From: an uncultured Bacilli bacterium
Lineage (GTDB): Bacteria > Bacillota_I > Bacilli_A > RF39 > UBA660
Length of the DNA: 43,409 bases
NCBI GenBank assembly: GCA_947587115.1
Contig: CANPXY010000002.1
Coordinates: forward strand, 1-43,409
Reading direction: 5' to 3'
Part shown: positions 1-8,894 of the stretch, in pieces
How the letters are laid out: the number at the start of each line of letters is the position of its first letter
Numbering within the stretch: the stretch's first letter is position 1
Notes under the pieces: generated by a model
Databases searched by the model: none
The model's input: the letters and a program-made list of their open reading frames with translations, nothing else
What the model was told of the DNA's origin: nothing
Made by a program: the position numbers and the translations under genes

Positions 1-320
1 TGATCCCCACCTCCTTTCACTAGATAACCTTTTTTTAATCTTGCATTTTCAATTTCTAATCTCATTATTTTTCTTTTTAATTCTTCTTCATAATTTTTGA
101 GTTTTCTTGATCCTTGTCCTTTTGTTCCTCCTTTCTTTTTCCCAGTTTGAGATTTTAATCCTTCTATTCCATTTTTTTCATATTTACTTCTCCAAACTCT
201 AAATGTATTAGTAGAAATACAATATTTTCTACAAATTTCATTTCTTCCTATACTATTTGAATAATATTCTAAAATTATTCTTTCTTTTTCTTTAGGTGTT
301 CTCATGTTATTCTTTCTCAT
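1..320 (-). CDS. IS3-family transposase OrfA (HTH plus leucine-zipper region), truncated by the window edge
   Basis: Absent from the ORF track because it has no stop codon in the window. My reverse-strand translation from the ATG (complement of 318..320) is MRKNNMRTPKEKERIILEYYSNSIGRNEICRKYCISTNTFRVWRSKYEKNGIEGLKSQTGKKKGGTKGQGSRKLKNYEEELKRKIMRLEIENARLKKGYLVKGGGD, with no stops. GGAGGA RBS at the complement of 325..330. An in-phase A-AAA-AAA slippery heptamer followed by G (complement of 29..36) sits where IS3 elements make the -1 frameshift into OrfB. Confidence 0.8.
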   Translation of the reverse strand, partial: MRKNNMRTPKEKERIILEYYSNSIGRNEICRKYCISTNTFRVWRSKYEKNGIEGLKSQTGKKKGGTKGQGSRKLKNYEEELKRKIMRLEIENARLKKGYLVKGGGD

Positions 321-401
321 ATTTTCCTCCTATTTTTATTTTATCATCAAAAAGTAGACTAGAGTGTTTTTCTCTTTGTCTACTTTTATCATATCACTTC
401 A
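1..401 (-). mobile_element. IS3-family insertion sequence, one end only (element continues off the left edge of the window)
   Basis: Carries the 5' part of an IS3/IS150-type orfA (CDS 1..320). Read on the minus strand, the sequence outside the start codon begins TGAAGTGATATGATAAAAGTAGAC at position 401, a TG-type terminus as in IS3-family ends. A perfect 10-bp inverted repeat AAAAGTAGAC/GTCTACTTTT lies at 350..359/378..387. The exact end cannot be proven without the other terminal repeat. Confidence 0.55.
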
Positions 402-471
402 ATTATGGGAATTTTTTTTGTTATAAAATTGTCAAGTGGACAATATGCTTTTGCAAACTAAAAGAAAAGTT

Positions 472-501
472 TTGACAAGTGGGGAGACCTCATTTTATAA
501 T
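472..501 (+). promoter_or_regulatory. sigma-70-like promoter for the 526..4340 module
   Basis: TTGACA (472..477), 18-nt spacer, TATAAT (496..501). An AGGAGG RBS at 515..520 precedes the ATG at 526. A small palindrome ATTGTC-AAGTG-GACAAT lies at 428..444 upstream. Confidence 0.5.
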
Positions 502-525
502 TTAAATATAAAATAGGAGGAAAGT

Positions 526-1653
526 ATGAAAGAAAGTAAAGTATCTAAAAAAAATATTATAAAGGGAGTAGCGATAGGTATAGGAGTATTATTGCTTGTT
601 GCATTTATAGCAGCAATTATTAAATTTGCCTTGTCTTATGATATTGTAAATGAAGATAATGATCATCCAACTGAAGATATAATTGATGAAAAAAAGGAAG
701 CCTTGATTTTTAATAGTTGGGAGGAAAACAAACAAGATTATGGTGATTACAATTTAATCGAGTTTGTAAATAATACTTCGGTTGAAAACTATCCTCGAAG
801 GGATTTTGACAAAGAATATTTTGAATTGGGACAAAATAAACAACTTCACGAAGGAGTTTATCAATATAGTTTCTCAATTAATAATGGTAAAGTAACTGTA
901 AAAAACCAAAAAACTTCCAAGTCATATACAATTAAAAAAATCAACAATGCAAGTGGTTTAGAGTATCTTAGAGGTGGTAAATATTTATTTTTAAACATAT
1001 TAACAGAAGATGGAAAGTTATACATTTTTAAAGATCGTTTAGAAGATATAGATGAACTCAATGTTTTTGATTCTAAATTGCATCAAGTAGAAACTGATTA
1101 TGTCATTACAGAAGTAGGTAGTGGTGATAGTTTGCATCCTTATTCTGATAACTCTTACGCCATGATTGCTAAGACTTCTACTGGTGAAGAATTATACATT
1201 GATATGCTTTCAGATGATTATACTGCTAAAATATTAGGTGAAAAATTCTACTATACATATAGAACACATTTTGATCCTTCACACTATATACTTATTAATT
1301 ATGACAGAAGTGTTTCAATCGATAAGCAAGATCAAATTGTTGTGGATGAAAATAATAATATTATATATGCTAAATATATATTAAATGAAACAGGTTCTTA
1401 CGAATACAAAGATGCAATATATCTGATCGATCATCAAGGATACATATATGAATTAACTGATAAAAATAATACGGTAGCTATAAAAATGACAGATGCTAAA
1501 CTCCAATATTACGCTTTTAAAGATAATGAACGAGATCATTACTATAAAGATTATTTGCTTATATTTGATGATGGGACTTATGCTGAATTAAAAAAACAGA
1601 GTTTGGAATTTGGCTTTGAAGAAGAAGAATTTGACTATGTGACGATGCCTTAA
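526..1653 (+). CDS. hypothetical membrane-anchored extracellular protein
   Basis: 375-aa ORF with a strong RBS and an N-terminal signal-anchor helix (GVAIGIGVLLLVAFIAAII). No family recognised. Confidence 0.6.
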   Translation: MKESKVSKKNIIKGVAIGIGVLLLVAFIAAIIKFALSYDIVNEDNDHPTEDIIDEKKEALIFNSWEENKQDYGDYNLIEFVNNTSVENYPRRDFDKEYFELGQNKQLHEGVYQYSFSINNGKVTVKNQKTSKSYTIKKINNASGLEYLRGGKYLFLNILTEDGKLYIFKDRLEDIDELNVFDSKLHQVETDYVITEVGSGDSLHPYSDNSYAMIAKTSTGEELYIDMLSDDYTAKILGEKFYYTYRTHFDPSHYILINYDRSVSIDKQDQIVVDENNNIIYAKYILNETGSYEYKDAIYLIDHQGYIYELTDKNNTVAIKMTDAKLQYYAFKDNERDHYYKDYLLIFDDGTYAELKKQSLEFGFEEEEFDYVTMP

Positions 1654-1667
1654 AGTGGAGAAACGTT

Positions 1668-3605
1668 ATGAATAAAGAAAAAGAGGTAAGGTCAAAAAAG
1701 CGATTTTTTCCATGGCTGTTATTGGGATTAGGTGTTATATTAGTTGCTTCTGGTTTTGTTATTGCTCTACAGTTTGTGCCTAGTCGTGAAGTTAGCCGCA
1801 CGGTAATGATCTATATGGTCGGTGCTGATTTAGAGTCAAAAGGCAGTATGGCTACTTATGAATTAGATGGAATTGATCCAACGTTGGTCGATTCTGAAAA
1901 TGTAAATGTTTTGTTGATGGCTGGAGGCTCAAAACAGTGGTATAACGATTATATTGATGTTACTAAGACTTCTATATATCAGCTTACTAACAATGGTTTT
2001 GAAGCTGTACAAGAACAAGAACGCAAAAACATGGGGCAAGCGCAAACGTTAATAGATTTTTTGAATTATGCTTATGATAATTCCAAAACGGATCGTTATG
2101 ATTTGATTTTATGGAATCATGGTGGAGCCATCATGGGAAGCGAATTTGATGAACTATATAATAGTGATGGCTTATCGATCAATGAAATGAACGATGCTTT
2201 AGATAGTAGTTCGTTTAATCAAAATAACAAAATAGAGACTGTTTTTTTTGGTACCTGTCTCAATGGTTCCTTTGAAATGATCAATATGTTTAAAGATTAT
2301 GCTAACTATTTAGTTGCGTCAGAAGAAACAACTTTATCAATTAAAAATACAAGTGATTTGTCATTTATCAATGAAATTAAAGCAACTGATTCGGCTGTTG
2401 ATATAGGTGAAAAGTTTATTCAAACATATAAAAATAAACTTGACATTTTAAAAATGAATTATGAAATTTATAATCAAGAATATACTGTTTATTCTACGTA
2501 TTCTTTAGTTGATCTATCTAAAATTGAATCGTTAAATAGTGCATTAAGTGAATTTTTTAATGATGTTGACGTTAATGATGACTATGCGACAATTGCCAAA
2601 GTACGTAGCAATTTATATCAATATGGATCAGAGGCACCATTTTATGATATGATTGATCTTTATAATTTCGTGGATCAGTTGAAATCCTTGTCTAATGTGA
2701 AAGCAGAAAAAGTACTGAAATGTATTGAAGATGCAGTCGTTTACAATTTTGCTACTAACTCAAAATCTCGTGGAATTAGCATTTATTTTCCATACAACGG
2801 TGCTACCCAGGAAAAAGCTGCAATGTTATCTTTATACAATACACTGGATGTTCCAAAAAATTATGCATCACTTGTTTCTAATTTTAATCAGTTACAAACT
2901 TCAAAATCAAGTAAACGTCTTTCTTTTTTAGAAAATGATAGTACAATCACAGATTCTGATTTTACTCTAGCATTGACTGATGAGCAAGCAGGTGATTTTG
3001 CTAAAGCTAGTTACATCGTATTTAGAGATAATAAAGATGGTTATTTTTTGCCAGTATATAGAGGTAATAATGTTATATTAGATGGTAATATTTTAAAAGC
3101 AAATATTCAAGATCGCCAATTAAGAGTTGTATCTAATGTGGATGGCAATGAATATATTCTTTCTTTAATAGAGACTGATGAGACGGATAGTTATATTGAA
3201 TACAATACGATGGTAACTCTAGAAGATTATTCTTCGGAAAATATTGGGGATTGGACTTTAGATACGGCCCAAATGTCGTTAATATTAGATAAAAAGACGA
3301 ATAAGGTTGAAATTGGCAATGTCTCTGTTAAACCAAATGATACTTTGCCATCAGAAATTGCTGTCGATTTAAAAGATTATACCAATGTAGTTTTTGCTAG
3401 CAGTAAATATCATATTTTAGATGATCATGGTAATTATACAGAAGATTGGGAATCCAATGGTGTGATAGAAGGTATGGAAGAGAAAGTAGATCAGTTTACT
3501 TTCAAATTACAAAATTTTGATGATGGTTATGATTATTATTGTATCTTCCGTATCTTTGATGTTAATAATAATGCCTATTATTCTAAACTTGTAAAAATGA
3601 ATTAG
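1668..3605 (+). CDS. clostripain-like cysteine peptidase (family C11), membrane-anchored, with a long C-terminal extension
   Basis: N-terminal TM helix followed by C11 landmarks in the right order: VMIYMVGADLES, NVNVLLMAGG, catalytic-His region DLILWNHGGAIMG, catalytic-Cys region VFFGTCLNGSFE, then YLVASEETT. GGAG RBS upstream of the ATG at 1668. Confidence 0.75.
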   Translation: MNKEKEVRSKKRFFPWLLLGLGVILVASGFVIALQFVPSREVSRTVMIYMVGADLESKGSMATYELDGIDPTLVDSENVNVLLMAGGSKQWYNDYIDVTKTSIYQLTNNGFEAVQEQERKNMGQAQTLIDFLNYAYDNSKTDRYDLILWNHGGAIMGSEFDELYNSDGLSINEMNDALDSSSFNQNNKIETVFFGTCLNGSFEMINMFKDYANYLVASEETTLSIKNTSDLSFINEIKATDSAVDIGEKFIQTYKNKLDILKMNYEIYNQEYTVYSTYSLVDLSKIESLNSALSEFFNDVDVNDDYATIAKVRSNLYQYGSEAPFYDMIDLYNFVDQLKSLSNVKAEKVLKCIEDAVVYNFATNSKSRGISIYFPYNGATQEKAAMLSLYNTLDVPKNYASLVSNFNQLQTSKSSKRLSFLENDSTITDSDFTLALTDEQAGDFAKASYIVFRDNKDGYFLPVYRGNNVILDGNILKANIQDRQLRVVSNVDGNEYILSLIETDETDSYIEYNTMVTLEDYSSENIGDWTLDTAQMSLILDKKTNKVEIGNVSVKPNDTLPSEIAVDLKDYTNVVFASSKYHILDDHGNYTEDWESNGVIEGMEEKVDQFTFKLQNFDDGYDYYCIFRIFDVNNNAYYSKLVKMN

Positions 3606-3623
3606 AAATGAGGTAAGAATGAG

Positions 3624-4340
3624 ATGAATAAAGATCGTCGTTCGATTGTAATAATTGCTATTTGTGTATTTATTGTCTTGTTTATTGGAGCAAGTATTTT
3701 TGGTATTTTCTATATCAATCAACATAAAAATGCAGATAACGATGTAAACCAAGAACATATTAATGATTATGAAGAAGAGAATGATAACGGCTATAGTAAC
3801 AATGATGATTATATTATTGATGATGAGATAGGCGAAGAGTATGAACCGGAAGAAAATAGTGATGTAATCAGCTATGGAGGATTTGAGTTTACTAAGGAAG
3901 AGGGGTACTACTATCAAATATCTAATGATAATCTGTTGATGCAGAATGATGCTCTTTTTGTGACACTTATAGTAGATAAAGGAAATTATGATGGTTTGGT
4001 AACTGAAGAAATCAAGACGAATCTACGCAATAATTTTGAAGCTATAGGTTATAATGTAGGAGCAATGCAAACAGGGACTTATGCTGGTACTAGAAAGGCA
4101 TTTACGATTGAACTTACTGCGCCGAATGGAGAACTTGGCTTTTACTATCTCACTCCATTAAATCAAGATTTCTTTGCTGAAGGATTTGTTGTTTTTGGGG
4201 TAAAAGAGACTTTTGATTATGTTTATGTCAATCAAGGGATGATGCTTATTGGAGAGCCACGTTATGTAGGTGATAATCAAGAATTTACTCCTACAAGCGA
4301 TTTCAAACTAGGAAAATTTGAAGACATCTTAAAAAATTAA
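3624..4340 (+). CDS. hypothetical membrane-anchored protein with an acidic low-complexity linker
   Basis: 238-aa ORF with a GAGG RBS, a TM helix (IVIIAICVFIVLFIGASIFGIFYI) and a D/E/N-rich stretch (NDYEEENDNGYSNNDDYIIDDEIGEEYEPEEN). No family recognised. Confidence 0.55.
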   Translation: MNKDRRSIVIIAICVFIVLFIGASIFGIFYINQHKNADNDVNQEHINDYEEENDNGYSNNDDYIIDDEIGEEYEPEENSDVISYGGFEFTKEEGYYYQISNDNLLMQNDALFVTLIVDKGNYDGLVTEEIKTNLRNNFEAIGYNVGAMQTGTYAGTRKAFTIELTAPNGELGFYYLTPLNQDFFAEGFVVFGVKETFDYVYVNQGMMLIGEPRYVGDNQEFTPTSDFKLGKFEDILKN

Positions 4341-4365
4341 AAAATGAATAAAAGGAAAAACAAAA

Positions 4366-4512
4366 AGTGTCTGTAGACGAAACTGATCTTACATTTAATC
4401 AGCCTTATTTGTTCCAGTACGCGATAAAGCTTCTGGTGAAGTTTGGTTTCAGGGGCAGTATACGAGCCAACAACATGGACGTCTTTTGAAGGAAATTAAA
4501 CTAGATAACTAA
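4366..4512 (+). pseudogene. possible gene remnant (two short reading frames) retaining a terminator
   Basis: GTG at 4366 opens a 42-codon frame (VSVDETDLTFNQPYLFQYAIKLL...). A second frame at 4399..4512 reads SALFVPVRDKASGEVWFQGQYTSQQHGRLLKEIKLDN*, which looks like a protein C-terminus and ends 8 nt before the 4521 hairpin. No family recognised. Confidence 0.2.
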
Positions 4513-4520
4513 AAATAAAG

Positions 4521-4550
4521 ATTCCCAATAGTGGGAATTTTTTGTTTTTT
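4521..4550. terminator. bidirectional rho-independent terminator
   Basis: Hairpin ATTCCCA-ATAG-TGGGAAT (4521..4538) followed by TTTTTGTTTTTT. The A-rich tract on the left gives a U-tract for the convergent minus-strand gene at 4630..4911. Confidence 0.7.
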
Positions 4551-4629
4551 GTGGAATTAAAGAGTTTATTATTTATAATTAAATTGAGAGATAAAATAAA
4601 AGAGTAATATCAAGGTGAGTATTCATGAT

Positions 4630-4911
4630 TTATGGCAAGTCATTGAGGTTATTTAACTTTTGATGCATTTTTTCTACACAGGCTTTGATCGTCTGCATTT
4701 TCTCTTCTTCTGTCTGCTTTTGTTTTTCTTTGCGATCATCTAATACTTGCATCCAAGCAGTGTTAGTCTGTAGGATTTGTCCTACTAACATGAGCCATTC
4801 GCCAATGGCATTTTGTTCATCGATCGATAGATCTTTGCCTAATAGAAAGCCAATGACAATGGCACTTCCAGTGAAGGTAGTCGTAGAGATGTTGGGCAGA
4901 AAGTCTTTCAT
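4630..4911 (-). CDS. small hypothetical protein (93 aa), one hydrophobic segment and a charged coiled C-terminus
   Basis: AGGAGG RBS (complement of about 4917..4922) upstream of the ATG. The translation is plausible, whereas the overlapping + ORF 4685..4972 reads as Cys/Ser-rich noise. Confidence 0.6.
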   Translation of the reverse strand: MKDFLPNISTTTFTGSAIVIGFLLGKDLSIDEQNAIGEWLMLVGQILQTNTAWMQVLDDRKEKQKQTEEEKMQTIKACVEKMHQKLNNLNDLP

Positions 4912-4951
4912 AAGATTGCCTCCTATTTATTTTATGATATTTTCTTTGTGT

Positions 4952-4980
4952 TTGATAAATCTTGGGAAATGAATTATAAT
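4952..4980 (+). promoter_or_regulatory. sigma-70-like promoter of the U32 peptidase gene
   Basis: TTGATA (4952..4957), 17-nt spacer, TATAAT (4975..4980). The predicted transcription start falls at or after the ATG at 4985, which favours the GTG at 5003 as the start codon. Confidence 0.55.
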
Positions 4981-5002
4981 AACCATGCAAAGGGGTGTTA
5001 AA

Positions 5003-7294
5003 GTGAAGAAGAAAGAGTTGTTAGTTCCTGTTGGAAGTAGGGAAGCTTTGTTTCAAGCAATTCACAATGGTGCAGATGCTGTCTATTTGGGTGGTAAGAA
5101 TTTTGGGGCTAGAAAGTTTGCCCAGAATTTTACTGATGACGAGATGATGGAAGCCATTGAACTCTGTCATTTATATGGTGTCAAGATCTATGTGACAGTC
5201 AATACCTTGATCTATGATGAAGAAGTTGAAGATTTCTTATCTTATGTTAAATTTTTATATGATCATCATGTTGATGCAGTGCTCGTTCAAGATTTTGGAA
5301 TGCTCTGTTTAATTCGAGAAATTTATCCAGATCTAGAAGTACATGCTTCGACTCAGATGCACAATCAAAGTCAAGAAGAGCTCGATCTTTTAGAGCGTCT
5401 TGGCGTCAAGCGGGTCGTCTTAGCTCGTGAGTTATCGCTTTCAAAAATTCAAGAATTCAAGACCCATATGGAACTTGAAGTATTTATTCATGGGGCTCTT
5501 TGTATTTGTTATTCGGGATGTTGTCTCATGAGTAGTATGGTCGGTGGTAGAAGCGGCAATCGTGGGGAGTGTGCCGGAAGTTGTAGATTGCCTTATCAAT
5601 TATTAGAAAATGGGGAAGTGGTTCCTACTTCTGGACCTTATTTATTAAGTACTAAAGATTTAGCTACATGGGACTATTTTGAAGATTTGATGCACAGTCA
5701 AATTGACAGTTTTAAAATTGAAGGAAGGATGAAAAGTCCAGAATATGTGGGATTTATTACGAGATTTTATCGTGATTTGATCGATCAATATGAACAAACT
5801 GGCCACATTGTAATCAAGCCGGAAAAGATAAAGGAACTCAAGATTCTGTTCTCTAGAGGGTTTACCAAGGGACATTTATTTGATGAAAACCAGGTAGGTC
5901 TTATGAATATTCAAAGCCCTAATCATATAGGGGTCAAAATTGGCAATGTTTTAGAAGTGACTCCCAAAAAAATCAAGATGCAGTTGACCGAAGATTTGAC
6001 GCAGGAAGATGGTATTCGTTTTTTAGAAAGTGGCAAAGGGATGATTGTCAATTTTCTATATGACCTACAGGGACGATTGATTCATGAAGCTCAGCAGGGC
6101 TCTATTGTCTATGTCGATAATAAGGTGCATCTTAAAACCAAGGATCAAGTTCATAAGACACTCTCTTTTAAATTGATGGGAGAGCTTCGGGATTTGCCAC
6201 GTAAAAAAATACCTATTTCTATGGCTTTTACTTTAAAAAAGGGAGCTCCTGCCACCCTGACTGTGATCGATCCTGATCAACATCGAGTTTTTCTTAAGGG
6301 AGAAGTTGTTATGGATGCGAAAGATGTTCCATTGACGAGGGCGATCGTCGAAGAGAAACTTCGCAAATTGGGAGCAACGCCCTTTATGTTAGAGGAACTT
6401 ACGATTGATTTGGATGACAATGTCTTCTTTCCAATGTCATCTTTAAACCAGATGCGTCGTCTTGCTTTCATTCATTTAGAGAATATTCGTAGGAATGCGG
6501 GGAAGGCCGGCTCTGTTTTGAAATTTCAGCCAGATTTAAAAATGTTGTCCACCAAAACAGTGGAAAATTATGAAGTGACAGCGAGCGTTTGTAATGAAGA
6601 ACAGCTTCGTGCTTGTCTTGCACTTCCTTTGGCACGTATCTATGTACGGGATCTAAAGTTGTATCAATCATATATGAAAGATTCACGGATCATCTATCAA
6701 GGTCATCGGGTTGGAAGTACGCCTTCTTCCTCTGCGCTTTTAGTTCGGCGTTTTGGGGATCTTCTTTCTACAGATCAAAAAGTTGGTGATTATACGCTCA
6801 ATGTAGCGAATGCTTATACGGTTTATTACTTGCAAAAATTTGGATTATCACGAGTGACGCTTTCAAGTGAAATGAATGAACGGCGAGTGGAGCAGTTGAT
6901 TCATAACTATGAACACCTTTTTGGTCTTCTGCCACCGGTCGAGCAATTGATCTATGGAAGAGTAGAATTGATGGTCATGAAGCATTGTCTTTTAAATCAT
7001 CTTGTGCAAGAAGGAAAACGTCCTTGTGCGCTCTGTCGCAATGGAAAGACGTATCAGTTAAAAGACCGCTATGGAGCAATATACCCTGTAGAGAGCGCGA
7101 AGGAGACGACGACTATTTGGTCTTCTGTTTTGGATTTCACGGATGAACTTTCTACGAGTTCTTCCATAGGTGTACGGTGCTTTCGTCTTTCCTTCTTTGA
7201 TGAACAACCAAAAGATATTGAGCGACTTTATCAGAAAGTGACGCAACAATTAAAAAAAGTATCTTATCAAACGTTAGAAAATGTGGTAGAATAA
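5003..7294 (+). CDS. U32-family peptidase / collagenase-like protein (long fused form)
   Basis: U32 signature EVFIHGALCICYSGCCLMS plus HASTQM and LARELS. The ORF opens at ATG 4985, but the AGGGG RBS at 4991..4995 and the promoter position favour GTG 5003. Confidence 0.85.
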   Translation: MKKKELLVPVGSREALFQAIHNGADAVYLGGKNFGARKFAQNFTDDEMMEAIELCHLYGVKIYVTVNTLIYDEEVEDFLSYVKFLYDHHVDAVLVQDFGMLCLIREIYPDLEVHASTQMHNQSQEELDLLERLGVKRVVLARELSLSKIQEFKTHMELEVFIHGALCICYSGCCLMSSMVGGRSGNRGECAGSCRLPYQLLENGEVVPTSGPYLLSTKDLATWDYFEDLMHSQIDSFKIEGRMKSPEYVGFITRFYRDLIDQYEQTGHIVIKPEKIKELKILFSRGFTKGHLFDENQVGLMNIQSPNHIGVKIGNVLEVTPKKIKMQLTEDLTQEDGIRFLESGKGMIVNFLYDLQGRLIHEAQQGSIVYVDNKVHLKTKDQVHKTLSFKLMGELRDLPRKKIPISMAFTLKKGAPATLTVIDPDQHRVFLKGEVVMDAKDVPLTRAIVEEKLRKLGATPFMLEELTIDLDDNVFFPMSSLNQMRRLAFIHLENIRRNAGKAGSVLKFQPDLKMLSTKTVENYEVTASVCNEEQLRACLALPLARIYVRDLKLYQSYMKDSRIIYQGHRVGSTPSSSALLVRRFGDLLSTDQKVGDYTLNVANAYTVYYLQKFGLSRVTLSSEMNERRVEQLIHNYEHLFGLLPPVEQLIYGRVELMVMKHCLLNHLVQEGKRPCALCRNGKTYQLKDRYGAIYPVESAKETTTIWSSVLDFTDELSTSSSIGVRCFRLSFFDEQPKDIERLYQKVTQQLKKVSYQTLENVVE

Positions 7295-7323
7295 AATATA
7301 GAAAAGAATAGGTGATCGATTGT

Positions 7324-7842
7324 ATGAAAAAGAAGAGAAAAAACTTACCAAAGCCTCTTAAGAACTACGTGATTTTAGGACTGATCTGTGGTGTTACCAT
7401 CTTGGCAGTCATCTATCTATGTCTTTGGTATCGGCAATATCGTGCTTATCAAGATACGATTCCAACACTTCGTGGTGTCATTCCCGAGATTACGGAGCGG
7501 GAACTTGGCCATTATGTCCAAGAAAGTGATCGGGCGCTTCTATATCTATGTGTACCAGCCAATGACATGTGTCGGAATTTTGAAAAAGATCTAAAGACCA
7601 TGATCTTAAAGAAAGAGTTAAAAGATGAGCTCACTTATTTGAATTTGGAAAACGAAACGCATGCGGAAGTAATTCTTAAAAACCTTCACGATGAATATCA
7701 CATGAATCAAGATCTTTTAGGATATCCTGCCTTCTTGTTGTTTGAAAACGGAGAAGTGTATAAAGTCTTACAAGGAAATGATTATACCGATTTATCTTTA
7801 AGTGAAGTAGAACAATTCTTAGATACTTATATAACGGATTGA
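7324..7842 (+). CDS. membrane-anchored thioredoxin-fold protein lacking a CxxC motif
   Basis: AGGTGA RBS at 7309..7314, 9 nt before ATG 7324 (the ORF opens at GTG 7312). TM helix VILGLICGVTILAVIYLCLW. LYLCVPANDMCRNFEKDL occupies the position of the CxxC helix in bacteriocin-transport-accessory-type thioredoxin-like proteins. Fold assignment is by resemblance only. Confidence 0.5.
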   Translation: MKKKRKNLPKPLKNYVILGLICGVTILAVIYLCLWYRQYRAYQDTIPTLRGVIPEITERELGHYVQESDRALLYLCVPANDMCRNFEKDLKTMILKKELKDELTYLNLENETHAEVILKNLHDEYHMNQDLLGYPAFLLFENGEVYKVLQGNDYTDLSLSEVEQFLDTYITD

Positions 7843-7893
7843 CGATTACTTTGGTAATGGTCTTTCTTTTAGGAAAATTAAGGAGGAATTTAG

Positions 7894-8403
7894 ATGAATC
7901 ACATTGTTTTATTTGAACCAGAAATACCTCAGAATACGGGAAATATCATGCGTACTTGTGTTGCCACCGGCACTCGTCTTCATCTCATTGGTCCATTAGG
8001 ATTTACTTTGGATGAGCGGCATTTGATTCGAAGTGGAGTCAACTATATCGATCAGTTGGACTATGTGGTCTATGATGATTTTGAAGATTTCAAGTCCAAG
8101 AATCCAGGAACTTATTATTACTTTACACGTTATGGGAGAAAGCCGCATACCAGTTTTGATTATCGCAATTTGGAAGATGAAAATTTGTATTTTATCTTTG
8201 GCAAAGAATCGACGGGAATTCCGAAGTCAATTTTAAAAGAGGATTTAGATCATTGCATGCGAATCCCGATGACCGATAAAGTACGGGCTTTGAATTTGTC
8301 TAACAGTTGTGCGATTGTGATCTATGAAGTTTTAAGGCAACAAGAATATCGAGGACTATTGTTAGAAGAGCCACATAAGGAGAAAGATTATTTAGAAAAA
8401 TAA
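7894..8403 (+). CDS. trmL: tRNA (cytidine/uridine(34)-2'-O)-methyltransferase TrmL (SpoU/TrmH family)
   Basis: IVLFEPEIPQNTGNIMRTCVATGTRLHLIGPLGF, LYFIFGKESTGIP and LNLSNSCAIVIYE are typical TrmL/YibK motifs. AAGGAGG RBS. Confidence 0.9.
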   Translation: MNHIVLFEPEIPQNTGNIMRTCVATGTRLHLIGPLGFTLDERHLIRSGVNYIDQLDYVVYDDFEDFKSKNPGTYYYFTRYGRKPHTSFDYRNLEDENLYFIFGKESTGIPKSILKEDLDHCMRIPMTDKVRALNLSNSCAIVIYEVLRQQEYRGLLLEEPHKEKDYLEK

Positions 8404-8424
8404 ACATCCGTAAAGGATGTTTTT
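8402..8424 (+). terminator. rho-independent terminator of trmL
   Basis: AAACATCC-GTAAA-GGATGTTT hairpin overlapping the stop codon, followed by TT. Confidence 0.6.
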
Positions 8425-8430
8425 AGGTAC

Positions 8431-8457
8431 AAAAAAACCACCAGAGGTGTCTAGTGG
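8431..8457 (-). terminator. rho-independent terminator of the thioredoxin lipoprotein gene
   Basis: On the minus strand: CCACTAGA-CACC-TCTGGTGG (one G-U pair) followed by TTTTTTT, directly after the stop at 8462..8464. Confidence 0.65.
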
Positions 8458-8461
8458 AATT

Positions 8462-8872
8462 TTATTTTATATAGTCTTGTGCTTTCAATTTTTGTTCGAT
8501 CTTATCGTTGGATACTGCTCCGATGATTCGATAAGTTACAGACTCTTCTTCGCCATCGTTAAAGAAGATGACGGTTGGCGTACTGCTGACATTGAGCATG
8601 CTATCAAACGCTTTTCGATCTTCTTCCGTCATATCGGTCAGATTGAGGGCGTACGCTGTAATCTCATGCTCTTTCAAAATCTTTTCAAATCGTGGTGTAA
8701 AGTCTTGACAAGCAGGGCAGCCCGTCTGCATAACCTCTAAAATAAAATGTTCTTTATTTTCTATTTTTTTCGTCAAAGTTTGATAGTTGATCGTCTCTAA
8801 TTTTCCAGATCCACAGCCAGTGAAACAGAGAACTACTAACGCAAGCATTACGACCCATAGTGTCTTTTTCAT
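8462..8872 (-). CDS. thioredoxin-family lipoprotein (extracytoplasmic thiol-disulfide oxidoreductase candidate)
   Basis: Lipobox MKKTLWVVMLALVVLCFTGC and active-site motif CPAC in FILEVMQTGCPACQDF. The start is placed at the ATG at 8872 (AAGGG RBS) rather than the ORF-track start at 8923. Confidence 0.8.
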   Translation of the reverse strand: MKKTLWVVMLALVVLCFTGCGSGKLETINYQTLTKKIENKEHFILEVMQTGCPACQDFTPRFEKILKEHEITAYALNLTDMTEEDRKAFDSMLNVSSTPTVIFFNDGEEESVTYRIIGAVSNDKIEQKLKAQDYIK

Positions 8873-8894
8873 ATTTTCCCTTCTTTCCAAAAAC

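Noticed and set aside
3507-3917. 136-aa minus-strand ORF spanning the junction of two + strand genes
   Set aside because: Ile/Asn/Phe-rich low-complexity translation typical of the antisense of AT-rich coding DNA. It has no RBS and overlaps two well-supported + genes.
4685-4972. 95-aa + strand ORF opposite the 4630..4911 gene
   Set aside because: Cys/Ser-rich translation that looks like noise, with no RBS. The minus-strand ORF has an AGGAGG RBS, a terminator and a protein-like sequence.
4985-5002. ATG 4985 as the start of the U32 peptidase
   Set aside because: The TATAAT box at 4975..4980 would put the transcription start at or beyond this ATG. GTG 5003 has an AGGGG RBS 7 nt upstream.
8417-8740. 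107-aa + strand ORF
   Set aside because: It is antisense to the thioredoxin lipoprotein gene (lipobox plus CPAC) and starts inside the two terminators.
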